The notes below the pieces were generated by a model. That model worked only from the letters and a program-made list of their open reading frames with translations. It did not search any database and had not been told where the DNA came from. Both the position numbers and the translations under genes were made by a program. Below, piece after piece: positions 11,251-22,179 of a DNA stretch of 38,097 bases. The DNA is from Jimgerdemannia flammicorona. Lineage: Eukaryota. The stretch spans positions 1 through 38,097 of the forward strand of contig RBNJ01000170.1 of the NCBI GenBank assembly GCA_003990765.1, given 5' to 3'. Position 1 is the first letter of the stretch. Every line of letters begins with the position of its first letter.

Positions 11251-12999
11251 CTTTGCTAAGTTTGGGCTATCCTTGGACTGAAGCTCTACTAGCAGGGAGC
11301 CTCCAGGCTCTGAGATTAAGGTACAGCCATCTGGCTCTAGTAGAGGGATTTTGGAGATAGTTGATTCCTCTTTTTTCTGTAGGGTCTAGGGCTTCCATGA
11401 AGTTGGTGACATCTTCTATCCATTCTCAGCATGTTGTATGTCTGATGAGAGCTAGGATATTTTCTCTCAAATCAGAGATCTTAAGGGTCCTTCTTTCTGG
11501 TTTCTTGGTCTGGCTTTTTGAATCTGACTTCTGTTGTCTCTTCTCTTTAGAGTATGGACTAACATTCTGACTAAGGTGAATCTTATAGTGTCTGCAGTCT
11601 TGTGTCTTCCATGGTTGCAATATCCTATTACTCAGAAATATTGTTCTCAGTTGTTAATCTCTGGCTATCTTGAGAATCAGTATTCATCTTGGTCATAGGT
11701 TGAGGGAAAGATGGCCAAAGAATATACTTCTGTTTAGGTGAAAAGGCCTTATCCTCTAGCTCAGCTTTGTAGCTTTGTAGTGACTTTCTGGAAGGTAGTT
11801 GACTATGTAACTATAGTTGGGAGTTCTGGTCTTTGGGGTCTCTGTTTTTTCTATTAATCTAGTAGGTGATACTGGTAACAGTAGTCTCAGAGAGAGTGGA
11901 AGACCATTTGATATAGACATCTTCCTAGCCAAAAGGCTCTTTTCTGATATGTTTCTTACTTTGGAACAATGGAGATTATACTGAGTCCTTTTTCAATATT
12001 CTAGGGATCATTGTCCTCTAGTGCTATCTGACAAGAGTTATCCCAGAGAATGAGTTTGGGGACTTCTTCCTCTTCAGGTACTTCTTGTTTGAGAACCTCT
12101 TACTTGGGAGTTTCTTCTTTCTCAGATAATTCTTGATCCCAAATTGCTTATACTTCTGCAGCTTTAGCTGTAGGTGTCTTTAGAATATATTTGTATTTTT
12201 TCTTTCTTTTTCTGCACTCAGAGCAGGCTATTCCAGATGAATTACTTGTTCCAATGATCTTGGAGGAGTACTCAGGGCACTTGTGTCTTTTGAGACAGAT
12301 GGGACATCCTTTGATCTGTCCTGCAATAGCTCTAATAGTGATAGAGATGATATTTCTGATCCATATATTATCTTCAGGTCTATTATCTACCAGGTTGTTT
12401 TGGGGATTGAGTCTGGGATCATTTCTATCTTTGGATTCTTCTTTCTCTTCTGTGATAGACTCTTCACTACTAGCATATTCTTCCTGAATAATAATCTTCT
12501 TCTTCTTTAATTACTCATATATAACTAGTTATCTTAACTCTGTACTTCTTGCCTTGGTAGTCAAACTTAGTACTTATTGACTAATATCAACAACTGTATT
12601 CATTTCCTTCATTCAGTTGGTACCAAGGATCATATCATAGATGATAGCTTCAGTGATAATAGCTTTCAGGATAGAGAACTAAATGTGTTTCAGGGAGATG
12701 GTAATGTTTTGCACTTCTCCAAGGAGTTTAGTTCAGGCTCTATCTGCTACTATGATGCTAAGATAGGATGGTCTGTCAATGGGCCATTGGAGGGTATCTA
12801 GAAATCATTTGACAATAATACAGATAGTTGCTTCTGTATCTATAAGGATTTTCACCTTTTGTCCTCTAATATCTCCATATAGGTAGATGCTGATATATCT
12901 CTCTGCAGCTTGAATAGAGGTAGGAGCTGGTTCTTACTATAAGATTAGAACTCAGCCAGTACTAGACCTAGTGGTTCTCAGTAGTTTGTTTTAGACTCC

Positions 13000-14800
13000 A
13001 GCTGGTGTCAGTTGCAGAAACTGCAGGAGAGAGACTTCTATCTTAGCTATTTGAATATTTTGCCAAGCTTTATTGTAGATATCTCTGGTATGGTCTTCAA
13101 GATATACTTCTTCTTGGACTTTGGAGAGGCAGACTTTTATTCTTCTTACTCCATTTCTTCATCCTCTGAGAGTAGTTCATTTGTTTTGAGAACAAAAGGT
13201 AAAGGAGACCAGGGAGGTATTTCTACTTACTTTTCTTTATATTCCTTGAATTCTTTTACTTGTATTCCTGGATGGTCTTTCTATGGGTCTCTTCCTTTTC
13301 ACTGCTGAGTAAACTGTCTTTCTTAGCTAGGTACAAGTCTAGGTTACTATAGTCTTCACTATTGCTTTCTTCTTCAAAATCTTTGACAGAATAGGCTTCA
13401 GTCTTCTTATACTCAGTTTCATTTCTTTGATTTAGTAGTTCTGAGTCTCTTTGGTCACTTCTTTTGTTATCACATTTAGTAGCATAGTGTCCAAATTATC
13501 CACAGTGGAAGAACTGAACTTAGGCTCTGTTCTGAACAGAGTACCTTATTTTTTCTTACTGATAGCTCCTATTATCTCTGAGTGAATAACCTTAGTTCCT
13601 TTGTAATATATACCCTCTGTTGTCTTGTGAGTAGCTCTGATTTTCATGTATAGTGAGTTTTTTTATCTGTCCAACCAATTGGTCTAACTTGGAACTGAGG
13701 TCTTAAATTTCACTCTTATCTTTCTTTCATTCTTTAGCTGGCTCTCTTTCTTTAGATCTTTCTTATTCTTGGAGGAGTCCTTGTAGGGCTTTGATCAGAA
13801 TGTCTTCTTTATCATCCTTCTTATCATAGTCACTCTAGGTAGTCTCTTATCTGACATAAAAAAAAACTTAGACTATATCTACTTATTCTTCAGACCTTCT
13901 GATGTCTAGAGTATAGATATACTAAACAATGTTTGGCAAAATTCCATTCATAAAGGTCATTGGACCTATAATATCTTGGTTGGTGGCATCAAATCCAGCA
14001 GCATACATTCTCTTTTGAATTCTTGTAAAGAATGATCTAGGTAATTCTCCAAGATTCATCTATAATAGATTCTTGAGCCTTATAGTAGGTCTCATTTCCT
14101 ATATACTTTTCAATGAGCCAGTGGGTCATGGCTTCATATTCTGCTAGCCAGGTTGATACTATATTGATGGCTGCTCCAAGGTCTGAGTTTAGATCATTCC
14201 TTGCTCAGATGAAAATTCCTTTAGCTGGTTCTCTAAGTTAGGCCTTATAGATGGTAATCTTTCTTTTAGGAGTGAGGTTCTTCAGAGCTATAATTTCTTT
14301 AATTCCATCAAGATATTCTCTTGAGTCTTCTTCTGGGTATCCTGCAAAGGTTGGCAATAGATTGGCCATTTTGTTGTCACTGTCTTCTAGTTCTGGTTCT
14401 GATTCTGATACTGATTCTAATTCTAATTCTGATTGTAATTCTGATTCACTCTCTGAATTGTTACTAGAGTTTGGAATACTTGAGTATCTTAAGAATAGTG
14501 TTGGAGATCTTGAACAAGGTGGAATGGGTCTGTATATCCTTGAAGAAGCTACTCCTTGATCCTCTTGTTCTGTGATAGCTGGTGGAAGAGATTCAATGAA
14601 TAAAATTGGTAGAACTTCTGCAAGAAATTGGGCTTATATAATGAGATCTTCCAGTTCTTGAGTAATTTGGTTAAAGTTGGTGGTTGATCTGGTAAGAAGT
14701 CTGTTGATACTGGCTGAGAATTTTGTGCTATACTAGCTTTCTATTGAGATTTTTCTGATACTAGGTAGTTGGTAAGTCTTGAAGTAATTATTTCTCTTCC
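13000..14800 (-). pseudogene. gypsy A gag, decayed
   Basis: MANLLPTFAGYPEEDSREYL gag N-terminal motif at ~14370; zinc-knuckle remnant FFHCG*FGHYATKC at ~13475-13515. Confidence 0.85.
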
Positions 14801-14920
14801 TGTCTAAATACTAGTGATGACTAGTTCTCCTATAGTAGTAGAGATTAGTATTATATCAAATTTATTCAATTTGGTTGTAAGTTCTTTTAAGTTGAAAAGT
14901 TTTATCAATTTTGAAATCTT

Positions 14921-14936
14921 CCTAGTTGAGCCTCCA
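14921..14936 (-). promoter_or_regulatory. Primer-binding site of gypsy A
   Basis: TGGAGGCTCAACTAGG two nt inside the 5' LTR. Complementary to a tRNA ending ...UUGAGCCUCCA (discriminator U, as in Cys/Thr tRNAs; identity not determined). Confidence 0.75.
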
Positions 14937-14938
14937 AA

Positions 14939-16213
14939 TATAATATGCCCAGCTCAATGAAGGCAAATTATAAGATTAGGGGTTGATGTAGTTTGGCTTA
15001 AGCCCTCAGTTACTTTGTCAAAAAGCAATAAAATATTTTAAAATTCCTGAGATCCTTAGTATTTAGTGATATAATAGTTAAAGCTGGATATCTGTAAGCA
15101 ATTCTGGTAATTTCCTTATTGAGACAGTTTTTGGGTATAGTAGCAATTCTGATAATACAGATAATTTATATTAATGGTCTCTATGTAGTGTAGTGGTTTT
15201 CTTATATAATTTCTACATAACAATCTCTTTATGTAGTATAATGATCTCTGTATAGTATAATGGATATGTTATATAGGACAGTCTGACAATTTAGTAGTTT
15301 CCTTCTTGAGTAGTAGTGATCTCTATATAGCATAATAGGTTCCTAATGTGAATTTGATCAATAACTCAATTTGGATATAGATTCTTCTAAATTGGTAAGG
15401 TTTTTAAATAATAACTCAGATGGTATAGATTCTTTCTAAATCAGCAGACTTCTGAAAAATAACTTGGATAGTGCAGGTAATTTAGATAACTCAGATAACT
15501 TGAGTAGCTCAGATAGTAGGTTCTTGATAAGTTATATTAAAGACTGGCTTTGTTTGTATGGGGTTATTTTGAGGACTGGCTTCACTATGAAGTTGCATCA
15601 GATAGACTGACTTGTGACAATATTTCTATAGTAGACTCTCTAGAAATAGTGAATTCTTTTCTGAGAAATAACTTGGATTCTTCTTTTAGTAAAGTTATGT
15701 CAAGACTGGCTTTGTTTGTATAAACAAGTTCACTGTAAAGTTATATCAAAATACTGGCTTTGTAGTAAGATAGTAGACTTCTTGAAAATGATAGCTCTTC
15801 CTTAAGTAGTAGATTTACTCAAATTCTTCAGGCTTATCTGGCAAGTATATATATCAATCAATCTTTATATTGAAAAGTAGACTGGAGTGGAAAGGAAAGC
15901 TGTTGCTTTAGATTCAATTTCAGACTGAGATTTATTTACTCTTATCTCTAGGGTATTTTATATAGTTATAATTATTACCTAGATACTATCTGGTTAATTA
16001 TAGAATGCATAGTATAGCTAATTATAATGTGTGACTTCCACTATACCCTCAGGATACAATATCTTTGAGATACAGTACCTTTGAGGTTCAGTTATCTCAA
16101 TCTGAGTATCTGGTACTATTTATGTAGTTTTCACAGCAACTAGGTAACTATGAGAGTAACTATGATATGTGGTCACATTATCTAGATATCTGATACTTAT
16201 ATTATATATTACA
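14939..16213 (-). repeat. 5' LTR of gypsy A (~1275 bp) with internal AAGACTGGCTT sub-repeats
   Basis: TATAAT (decayed TGTAAT)...ATTACA inverted ends, adjacent PBS, homology to 5375-6045. Confidence 0.9.
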
Positions 16214-16651
16214 ATATAAAGTCTCAAAAAAGGAATAATATATTATAATATAGAGTTAACTAAATTAATAATCTAATATCATATAAGGAGCTAATCTCAG
16301 AGCAAGAATAAAAAACAAAATAAAATAAATCCAAATCAAGATTAAAAAACATTCTGATTCCCTTCAGGGTCTCATATTTACTCTAAGATATCTGGCCTCT
16401 ACTTTGTTCTCCTCTATTACTTTTAGCCCCTTAGCTTTACTTTGAGCTTACTATAACTTACTTTGCTTGATCTCTACCTCTTACTCTTGCTCACTACTCT
16501 ATAGTCTGTAGATGTTTTTTAATTTTAATTTTGATTTATTTTATTTTATTTTTTATTCTTGGTCTAAGATTAGCTTCTTATATAATATTAGATTCTTAAT
16601 TCAGTTAGCTCTGTATTGTAATATATTATTTCTTTTTTTAAAACTTTATAT
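16214..16651. repeat. Inverted repeat, arms of ~140 bp with a ~160-bp spacer
   Basis: The reverse complement of 16214-16352 aligns end to end with 16512-16651; the left arm is cut by the gypsy A LTR. Confidence 0.92.
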
Positions 16652-16699
16652 TTATATATAAGGACTAAGCTTTTATATAGTAATAAACTATAAATATAC

Positions 16700-19600
16700 T
16701 TTCTGTCCTATTCTTTGTTTGTTTTGCTTTACCATCTTTCTTTTTTTATAATATTTCATATTTTCTTTAATACTGACTTTAGGTTTGGCCCCCTCACTCT
16801 CCCTATGGCTTCTAGTATGCTCTCTTTTTCTACTGGTATATTATCTGTCTCTAGGGACCCTATTACTTCTGTGGTTATAGATGAGGATCTTCCTCTTTCT
16901 TTTACTCTTCCTGTCTTCATTCTTATTACTATCTCATTTAATACCTATATGTCATCAATTATTTTCTCTCTCTCTCTCAATTGCTATTCTTCTAAATACT
17001 CTCTTCTCTCTCAATTTTACTCAGTTCTTATTCTCTTCTCTAAGAAGACTTATCTTTGTTATTATGTTGATACTATTGCTCTATTTACTATCAAATTTTC
17101 TGTTCTTACTGAGGACTATTGTCAAGTCTTCTCTAAAGAGGTTCATACTATCTCTGTTGCTACCAAAACTATTACTGCTGATACTATATATAATATTACT
17201 TCTACTGCTTCTCTCTCCTTCTACTAGTTCTATACTATATATGTAATCTTTATTGACTTTTATCTTACTGATACTACTCCTTTCTACAGTTTCTCTACTA
17301 ATGAGATCTTCTCTACTACTGCTAATATTAATACTATTCATTAATTCTTACTTATTAGTAGCTTCTTTCTTATTTGCCTCTATGAGTCTGAGGCTTCTTA
17401 TACTATCTCTATGGCCTATTCTACCTCTACTATACTTACCTCAGCTGCTTTCAAAATCTTTATCTCTGAGGCAATTCATATTGAAACTTGCACTACTGGT
17501 TTATATCTCTTTTACTATTGCTACTACTAAGTCTGCTAAGTTCTTACTAGTTCTCACATCTACCTGGACCTCATCAGTCTCTTCTCACTCACTCTTATCT
17601 ATCTTCAAGATCTCCTCTATCTCTAAACATATGTAGCTATATTCTTAGTGCCTACTCTATAGACTCCTGGTTCTATACTATCTGCTCTAGCTGCCTCTAT
17701 AGTATCTACTGGCACCCTATTAAGGCTTCTTGCCCATATAGTAGTCTCTCTTATCCTACCATCTCTGCTTTCTTCTCTAAGACCTCAGCATACTCTTACT
17801 CTCTCTCTATAGCATCTTCTACCTCCTTCTTCTCTTACTCTCTCTCTACTTATATCTCTGAGTATAAAATCTGTACTAGAGCTTACTGCTAAAAGGTCTG
17901 ATATTCTGACAGTATATACTCTTGCTCATCTATATTGTCTCTATCAAAAATAGTCTAAGAGAAGAAAAAGTTCTCCCAATCTTAAACTTTCACTTAGCTT
18001 AGTTCTCTCCCAATATTCTCTCTCATCTTCAATCTCATTGTTACTTCTAGTATACTCTGAGTAGTTCCCTATATTATCCCCTCTTTATCTTTCTCAGTTG
18101 CTTGTTCTGAATTTTCAGATTTACTCTTCTTCTGAGATACTTTTGTCTCTCTCTTTCTCTTGGGCTAACTACTCTCTTTTCTTCTATTCAAACCTTTGTA
18201 CTTTCTTTGAGTCCTTGTTTATCTTTCTGATAACTTGCTCTCAATTTTCCTTTGTCAACCCAACTTGTCTTAAGTATTTTTATTATACTCTTAACCTTAC
18301 TATCTCTTTAAAGATTATGCTGAAAAGCTCTCTCACTATTTTGTTTCTAGTGATTGGATCCTCTCTACTAATATCTCTTAAAACTATATATTTCTCACAT
18401 GGTCTGCTTACTGTCTACTTCTGAATATGCTCACTCTTATTTGGTTTCAGACTGTATCATATACTATACTTAAATTGATCAAGTAATTACCTTCATATTT
18501 ACTTATAGTCATTGATAAGAATTAAAGTTTTGTCCTCATTTCTCACTTGCTCTACCTTGATGACCTTTCTGTCCTCCTCTATGTCTCAGCTTATAAGTTA
18601 TACATATACCCTTGGATTGAATCATATTCTCTCTCTTCTTTGGGTTAAATTGACTCATATAGCCTTGCTCTCAGATTCTCCATTTATACCTCTTATTTTT
18701 ACATTCTCAGACTCTTTGTTCTTATCAGATATTCATCTCCTAGTTTTCTATACTCTTTCTAAAGTTCATAAGCCTATTTTGGCATAGTATCCTATTATGG
18801 CTGTCTTTTACTCACTAATCACTGAGATTTTGAAATAGTTATCTCATTTCTTTCTCTCTTGGATAGTATTGCTTCAACACTATCTTGGGCCTAAGTACAC
18901 TATTCTTTATAATATCCAGGAGCTCACTCTTCTTTATTCCACTATTATACCTATTATATATTTTTTCCATTTGGAATCTAGTGATTTTTCTTCCTTCTAT
19001 ATACTATTTATTTGATGAGATTAATGACTGTCTATACTTTCTTAGATCTATTATTTATTCTTTAGATTCTCTGATTTCTTTGATCTTAATTATTGAGCTC
19101 ACACTTCTCATCTACTGCTCTAACTACTTTGAGTTGGCCCTTAGCTCCTATTGTTAGGTTTCTGACATTACTATAAAAATGAATTATATATATCTTCACT
19201 CTCACTAATTCTATTGGCTTAGTCTATGAGCTTTATGTATTGATCCTTTTTTACTGCTCACTATTATCTTCCAGACTGATGATATCTTCTTCTATCATTA
19301 TATTGATGACTTCATTGTTTTCACTGTTTCTGGTCTTAATATCTCTACTATATTTCAGAGTATATACTCTTCTCATCATTCTATTATATAGGTTCTTAGA
19401 ATAATTTGTATTTTCTTTTTAAATCTTTCTATTTCTATTTCTTCTTTCTGAACTATTGTTTATTCTAAATTTTCCCATTCCTAACAGTTCTCTAACTATT
19501 ATTCCAATGATCTCTATTGTACTCTTTATGAATATACTTATAGTGAGGTTTGACATCTTGCTTTATACAACTTCTGTTATTCTGACTAGATGTCAGCTAT

Positions 19601-19920
19601 TTGAATTTTTGGAAAATTTTTGGTCTATTGCCATACTTACTTTATTTCTATTATTCACAATCTGCCTATTTCTATTGAGTAGTCTGTTATATGTTCTTTT
19701 CTCCTCTCTCTCCTTTATCTCTTCTCTATTTTCTCTCTCTCTCCTCTTACTCACTCTATGCTCTCTCTTTATTCTTACTTCCAATTCTCATCATACTATT
19801 TAATCAAGCTTGCTGGACTATGCAACACTCTACTGCTGTCCTATACTCTTCTCTTTTATATCATAGCCTGTTATTTGTTTTTCAATACTCTATTATTACT
19901 ATATTACATCTTTCATCTAT
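16700..19920 (-). pseudogene. Heavily decayed ~3-kb ORF of unknown family: charged, coiled-coil-like, Ser-rich tail
   Basis: Purine-rich minus strand with long frame-consistent stretches, e.g. REKEVEDAIERE*EYAEVLEKKAEM...RQLEQIV*NQESIE*ALR. No RT, integrase or transposase motif recognised. Confidence 0.5.
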
Positions 19921-19994
19921 TTTTTTTTTAATCTATTACTTTTGTTTTATATTTTCATTACCTTCAGGTACCTTTGACTCTGCTGAAGAAGATT

Positions 19995-20472
19995 GAAAAA
20001 CATCCTGGTTCTCTCTGAGATCTCTCATTTGCTCTGAGATATTTAATCTTCACTTCACTTCTCTCTACTACCTTTGACCTCTTGACTTCACCTTAGGCTC
20101 ACTATAGCTCCCTTTGCTTAATCTCTACTCTTCACTCTTAAATCTGCTGATGTTTTTTAATCATAATTTAGATTTGTTTTGTTTTGTTTTTTATTCTTAC
20201 TCTGAGATTAACTTCTCATATGATATTAGGTTCTTAATTTGGTTAACTCTGTATTATGAATTTTTTTTTTTTTAGAACTTTATATTTATTATAAAGACTA
20301 TACTTTTGTATGATAATAAACAATAGATATACTTTTTATTCTATTCTTTACTCATTCTGTTTTACTACCTCCTTCTCTCTTTTATAATATCTTATATTTC
20401 CTTTGATACTGGCTTTGGATTTATCTCTCTCACTCTCCCTATAGCTTCTGGTATGCTCTATTCTTCTACTAT
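19995..20472. repeat. Diverged direct repeat of 16345-16835 (~480 bp)
   Basis: Collinear from AAAAACAT through GATGTTTTTTAAT and AACTTTATATTTAT to CTCACTCTCCCTATRGCTTCTRGTATGCTCT. Confidence 0.9.
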
Positions 20473-20488
20473 TGTTATACAATTCTGG

Positions 20489-20985
20489 TGTAATATAGTA
20501 GATGCATAACTATATAAGTATATCAGATTTCTGTATCTTGAAAACTTAATCTTCTTTGACTCCACAGAGTCTTTAAAATACAGGGGTGGATGAGTTTAAA
20601 GTATATCTGGTCATAGGCTTACTAGTTCTCTTACTTTCTCTTTGCTTTGAACTATTTTGATCTGAGATTTATTCACTCTAGATACTGGAATATTTATATA
20701 AGTTTGCTAGCTATAAAGTGGCTAAGTTATAACTATGTTTCCTGTAAGTTATTCTTTACAAGTGTTAAAATCTTTAACATCTACTAAATATTTAATAATT
20801 GTCAAAACTTTAATATTTGTGAAATCTTTGATATTTATAAATACTTTAATATTTTTTAAATTTTCTATATTTGTAAAATAAGACTACTATTTATAAGACT
20901 TACTATATTTTGGAATTAGATTCAGATATTATGATCAAATATCTATTTCCCTAATTCATGTTACTAATTCAGATCAACCATCACA
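20489..20985 (-). repeat. 3' LTR of gypsy B (~497 bp)
   Basis: TGTAAT...ATCACA ends. The first ~69 bp match 31191-31259. A purine run (CAGAAGGAAG, minus strand) abuts 20986. Right boundary inferred from the terminal inverted motif and this tract. Confidence 0.8.
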
Positions 20986-21374
20986 ACTTCCTTCTGAATA
21001 GGTGATTTGTCTATAAAAATATCCTATTCACTTGAACTTCCAAGCTTCTATGATTTGTATCTCCTTGTACTATGCAATTTGTATTATTATATTCTCCTAA
21101 TGGTATTTCTTAATATATTCAAAGTCTTCTGGGACTACTTCTCAGAAATGAGCTAAAGCTAACTCATTGTTTTTGAATAACTTATTAACTTATTTGGTAA
21201 TTGTAATCTGAGTATGAGAGAGCTGACACTCTCTGATTCAGTCTTTTTTTCCCATCTCTGGCCATAAGTTTAGTAGCTGTCTCAACTTGAAGTATTTTGA
21301 AACTTAGTCTGGTTCTAGTAGACCTTGAAATGTGAGATTTATAACAAGTATGTCTAGACTAGTGCTTGCAAAAA

Positions 21375-21720
21375 CCGAATTGAGTCAAATTGACTCTCAA
21401 TTCAATTCAATATAAACCAAATCAAGGCTCAATTTGATTCAACTTTCATTCGATTTGACTTTCATTTAGTTTGGCTTTTGTTTAATTTGATTTGGCTTTC
21501 ATTCAATTTCACCTTCATTTAATTTGACTTTCATTCAATTTGACTTTCATTCAATTTGACTTTCATTTGATTCAACTTTCATTTGGTTTGGCTTTTGTTC
21601 AATTTGATTTGGCTTTTATTTGACTTTTATTCAGTTTGATATGAGTTATATGACTTTCAGAATTATATGCTTTAAGGATATCCAAATCAAATTGATTTGA
21701 ATTGATTTGATTTGGTTCAC
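21375..21720. repeat. Left subterminal repeat array of the hAT (TTTCATTCAATTTGAC-type; inferred ancestral ATTCG units)
   Basis: Tandem ~16-bp units in which TTCAA, TTTGA and TTCGA alternate. Confidence 0.85.
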
Positions 21721-21767
21721 ATACTACCCACACACTATACTACTCATAATAAACACTCTCTTTCAAC

Positions 21768-22134
21768 ATATTAACTATATCAGAGGAACCATTTTCACTA
21801 CTACCACTACTTATGGAAGATACTAGAGCAGCCTTGATATCAGTAGATACAACTTCAATAAGTACAAGTATAACCTCATTATAACAATCTAGTATAGAAA
21901 GAAGAAAAGAAAAAGGAAAAGGAAAACTATATGAATGCTCTGAGATCTAGAAAGAATTTATAAAGATAGACAAAAATGGTGAAACTAGAGTGAAATACAA
22001 TCACTGTTTAGTAACATATAAATTTGTAGATAGTTCAATAACAAATATCCAGGACTATTTTACTTGGAGCCATAAAGTTAAACAAGCAGAAGCAATGGAT
22101 TTATTTCTTTCACAAGTATTATTAATTCACTTTA

Positions 22135-22179
<45 letters not shown>

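Larger units (their letters stand above)
6573..12900 (-). pseudogene. gypsy A pol (PR, dUTPase, RT, RNase H, integrase), interrupted at 6769-8167
   Basis: KILIDTEAT (protease, ~12840), SPWASP / [11 protein letters not shown] / IVYIDD (RT, ~10200-9850), LYSDVS and ITDHLALK (RNase H), VDIIRPL...KYLTKWP (integrase), KLDLKWEGSY (GPY/F module). Confidence 0.93.
5375..16213 (-). mobile_element. Decayed Ty3/gypsy LTR retrotransposon A (gag-PR-dUTPase-RT-RH-IN-ORF3)
   Basis: Paired LTRs (5375-6045 aligns to ~15537-16213), a PBS, and gypsy domain order on the minus strand. Confidence 0.95.
16214..20488 (-). mobile_element. Unclassified repeat-bounded element: partial tandem plus tail-to-tail inversion (Penelope-like architecture, no RT seen)
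   Basis: Direct repeat 16345-16835 / 19995-20472, inverted repeat 16214-16352 / 16512-16651, and a long decayed minus-strand ORF between them. Cut on both sides by gypsy LTRs. Confidence 0.5.

Noticed and set aside
17620..17675. PGVYRV...TYV, resembling a GIY-YIG endonuclease motif
   Set aside because: That frame closes with many stops immediately afterwards; a neighbouring frame reads as a continuous coiled coil.
19983..20003. CTGAAGA-AGATT-GAAA, a hammerhead-like core beside the pseudo-LTR
   Set aside because: Antisense to the ORF, no convincing stems I-III by eye, and absent from the other repeat copy; would need Infernal on a consensus.
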